From contig NMRA01000458.1 in NCBI GenBank assembly GCA_002633005.1, forward strand, positions 124,001 through 188,000: a stretch of 64,000 nt of DNA, given 5' to 3'. Source of the DNA: Phoronis australis. Its lineage: Eukaryota; Animalia; Phoronida. Made by a program: the position numbers and the translations under genes. Every line of letters begins with the position of its first letter. Positions within the stretch are counted from its first letter, which is position 1. The notes under the pieces were generated by a model, which was not told the origin of the DNA, made no database searches, and worked only from the letters and a program-made list of their open reading frames with translations. Shown here in pieces: positions 61,101 to 64,000 of this stretch.

Positions 61101-63641
61101 TGCTATCAATGTACCTTTCCATTTTGCTAAATTTTACTAAAAATATAGTCAACAAATGGTAAACTAGTAAAAAGTCAAAAATCAAATTCTGAACTCAAGG
61201 CTTTCTACTTTCAGAAAATCTATGATTACCGAGTTGAAATCTATACTTTTGTAGCTATAAGGCTAAATACATACAACATCCTACATAACCTTAAAACGCC
61301 GGTTTGATCATTCAGGTGGGTGGGAACTGATAATTACCTGTGACTGAATTAAAGTGGTCAAATTTTGGAAAGAGCAGCTGGTCTGATGATATTCTAACAT
61401 GATATATTTTACTCATAATTGATCTGTATGTTTTCATGGCAACAAAAATAAAGCTATAGCAGGTTTAAAAAATTTTTGAAACCACTTAATATGTATGTTA
61501 CCAGATTTTGAGTTTGATGGTTCAGATGGCTAAACTGAAGGAAATGTAATTTTAACAGTGAATCAGTTGCAAACACTTGACAAATGTGCTATCCAATAAG
61601 CTAAAAGAGTGCATAGCTACCTCCTGCGGTGTTAGTTGATGTGGATGACACCAGGTGGTCAACTGGTTCTCAAGATCTGACCTCAGCTTATCAATGTCCA
61701 GGTGACTAGGCTAGAGAATAAAGACAAAATGAAACAATTGAGACTAGACAGTGAACAAGCATCCATTTACCTGGTGTCTGACAGCTGCAAATTTGTATTG
61801 AAAAAGGTGTGACATGGTCAATTCGTTAACATCTGCATGGAAGTTTGCTTCAAAAGATTTTATTCAATTGTGCTAATTTCAGGTTAATTAAATCTGCCCT
61901 ATAATACTTAGGAAGCTAAGTCGAAGAAAAAGCACAATTTATGATGTAACAGCATAATTTACAATCCTGCATCATTATGCAACCAAATACCAGGCTAAGT
62001 TTAAAACATCAGTTTTGCAATCAAAAGGACTTTTCACAAAAAAACAGGCACTTAGCTCACACTCACAAAGTAATTAAAATTCTACTACAGTGAAGACGTA
62101 ATAAACGATCACCTTACCTCCAACACATTTAGTGATTCCATCTGTGTGTGTATACTTGACAGAGCACTTCGTTGCACCATAGATGTCGCTACACGTTCAC
62201 CATCCACCACCATCTGCACATCTTCTTCACCACCCTTGTCACCATCTCCTGGCTCTGAAGGTTGTGTGGGGTTGGCTGGTCTACTATTGGATACATGGGC
62301 AGGCTCCTTATCTGTATCCTGATAATACAAAGTTACAAAATTCATTGAATTTGCAGGGTGACCAAAAAGAACCAAACCCACAAAAGTACATTAAAGTTCA
62401 ATGCAAACCGACTTGTATGGTTAAAACTTTGAGGAAAGACCATTAGACTGAAGTTGAGGACCGACCAAAGTTGAAGAAAATAAATGGATTTATGAAGGAC
62501 TAATCCTGTAAAGTTAGGCAAAAGATGACGCGGCAGTGTAATACCTGTAATACCTGTCACGGACAGGATCATTGGGGATATGCTGGTGCATTAATCCCCT
62601 CCCCAGACCATCCCCGTGACAGCAGAAGGCACAGAACTCCAGGGCTGACGTTGCCTGTAAGCATTTGATTAGACAGCACTCAGGCACAGCCCTTCTTGTG
62701 ACTCTTCGCAGCATGGCCATAAATAATACCTGCTTCGAGCAGGCGGCTGCCATCATTGAACTCAGCCAGCTGGGATGCAGTCTGCTCGAGGTTGCGTTTG
62801 CGAGCCAGCAGCGGCAGTGAAGTTTGGTGGTGGGTATGCAAAATTACAACGTAGGTGGCCGACAAGCAAGATTCAGCCGTTGACTAAAAATGCTTGAAAT
62901 AAATAACTTGTCTATAACAAGATTCTTAAGTTCATACAGAACTTTGTTAATAGGATTTGAAAACTTTTCTTAATCCAGTATTTCTGACATAAAAAGATCA
63001 ACAATAATCAAAATTGCAGACTCTGAAAAGTTAGTACATTTAACAATTCCATGACTTTTTGCTGATTTCAAGGCCTTTCAATTTTAAGCTGAAATTCCAT
63101 GATTTGTCAATGAAGACATATTCCGAACTCCCAGCCTTTTACTGAGCTGCATGAATATTGTGTTTCCAAAGAAAGAGAAACTATAATAATGTTACAGAAC
63201 AAAGACAAATAAAAAGCCTACCTCGTGTAGAGCATAACATGAGGAAAACAAGGCACATGATTGACATGCGTGTTGTGAACAAGGTGAGGAATACAAGAAC
63301 ACAGGTCAAAATCTTTTGAGATTTACTAATGGCAAAACAAAGCGATTCGTATTAATTTAACACAAAATACATTTGTTAAAGCGACCATCAAAAGAGTAAG
63401 TTGCCACCTGTTTTTGTTTAACAACAGACTGAACATAAAACATTACCTTGACTTCCTCATCATCATTTGGCCTTATGTCCATGTCCTCCTTATTTTCAGG
63501 CTCCTCCCCTTCTTCCATATAAGGAATGTGGCGGGTCTCATGTTGCTCAGCAGTGGCAGCATCTATGGTCTGTGCATCGTAAGTCTCATCAGGCTTTTTA
63601 ATATGCTCATACACATCTGACGTTTCATCCTTCGTAGATGG
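52142..63641 (-). CDS. MDN1: Midasin (Rea1), 3' part: end of the acidic region and the C-terminal MIDAS/VWA domain; gene continues beyond the window
   Basis: Exons 63641-63447, 62318-62118, 61710-61621, 58089-57974, 56924-56750, 56350-56277, 55970-55856, 55019-54810, 53883-53836 and 52276-52142 join in frame. Motifs: ELCEQLRLVLEP, GDYRTGKRLNMRKVIPYIASQFRKDKIWLRRTKPSKRQYQI, MIDAS DDSSSM, IVSDGRG, FPFPFYIILR..LSDALRQWFE. Confidence 0.95.
54080..54228. repeat. 74-bp perfect tandem duplication in an MDN1 intron
   Basis: actggcttgagacc...cagaccatact starts at 54080 and again at 54154. Confidence 0.9.
54685..54780. repeat. 43-bp direct duplication (period 53) in an MDN1 intron
   Basis: gtttgttgtaaatgtatgctagagtctgtcactattcctcata occurs at 54685 and 54738. 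Confidence 0.85.
56980..57207. repeat. 57-bp minisatellite, 4 copies
   Basis: Unit gtagcggatggttattgtgacctggtgagagcctgcctcactttaggccacttaaat at 56980, 57037, 57094 and 57151. Confidence 0.95.
57306..57698. repeat. 28-bp minisatellite (CCAAAGCAACAACAAACTGACAGTTCTT), about 14 copies
   Basis: Read directly. It generates the spurious repetitive ORFs at 57265-57744. Confidence 0.95.
58678..61289. mobile_element. TTAA-flanked (Kolobok-like) non-autonomous element in an MDN1 intron
   Basis: Ends ttaa|ggttaagtagga and tcctacataacc|ttaa. The same terminus recurs at 25088-25103, 44178-44195 and 46215-46231. Confidence 0.7.
59058..59825 (+). mobile_element. Helentron/DINE-1-like non-autonomous element nested in the TTAA element
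   Basis: Starts aacaagag. Subterminal inverted repeats atgcgcccaca (59083) / tgtgggcgcat (59810). Terminal hairpin atgcgaccacat..atgtgggcgcat followed by an A-run. Internal tandem core repeats. Confidence 0.7.
62539..62810 (-). mobile_element. 5'-truncated non-LTR retrotransposon 3' end, copy 2
   Basis: 9-bp TSD gcggcagtg at 62530-62538 and 62811-62819; (ACAGGTATT)n tail. Shares its 3' end (about 150 nt) with 18386-18544 but extends further 5'. Confidence 0.8.
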
Positions 63642-64000
63642 CTAAAACAACAACCAGTTTCAATTCTTGCATTTCGGTTATTTTTCATTTTTTAGTCTAT
63701 CAGCAAAGAAATAAGCCAAATGAAAAAAAATTGTATCACACCTTAAAACCATTGCACAGAATTTTGAAAACATTCATGCACCTCCTGTTGAATTCTAAGA
63801 GAATTGTGTGTCAAAATAATAATCTTGAAAATAACATTTCACACATAAAGTGTATTTGGCATTATAATTATACAACCATTATGACTGTAAAAACTCAGAA
63901 TGTCATTTAGATTTTGTTGATGCAGGTTTTAGTTATAATTTTCCATAGCACACAGATTTGGTTTATATGTCAAAAAGTGTGTGAGCAAAGTTGACCATTC

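Overview
AT-rich, intron-rich animal genomic DNA, probably from a marine invertebrate, with two assembly gaps (11105-11771 and 16539-16932). I assembled five spliced protein genes by hand from GT-AG junctions and frame continuity: TAF12 (+, 908-3582), two tandem BHMT-like homocysteine S-methyltransferases (-, 5937-13108 and 19573-30061), Polyhomeotic/PHC (+, 36495-48144) and the 3' end of midasin MDN1 (-, 52142 to beyond the window end). Introns and intergenic DNA carry a decayed intron-containing hAT transposase, several MITE families with about 5-bp TSDs, TTAA-flanked Kolobok-like elements (one with a THAP relic), Helentron/DINE-1-like elements, 5'-truncated LINE ends with clean TSDs, a tRNA-containing TG..CA LTR-like element and several minisatellites. 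The most notable observations are a fossil second copy of the Ph SAM domain in its own 3'UTR, the non-vertebrate-type active sites of the BHMT pair, and a direct sequence link between the hAT relic and its neighbouring non-autonomous elements. No database searches were run, so family assignments come from motif recognition.
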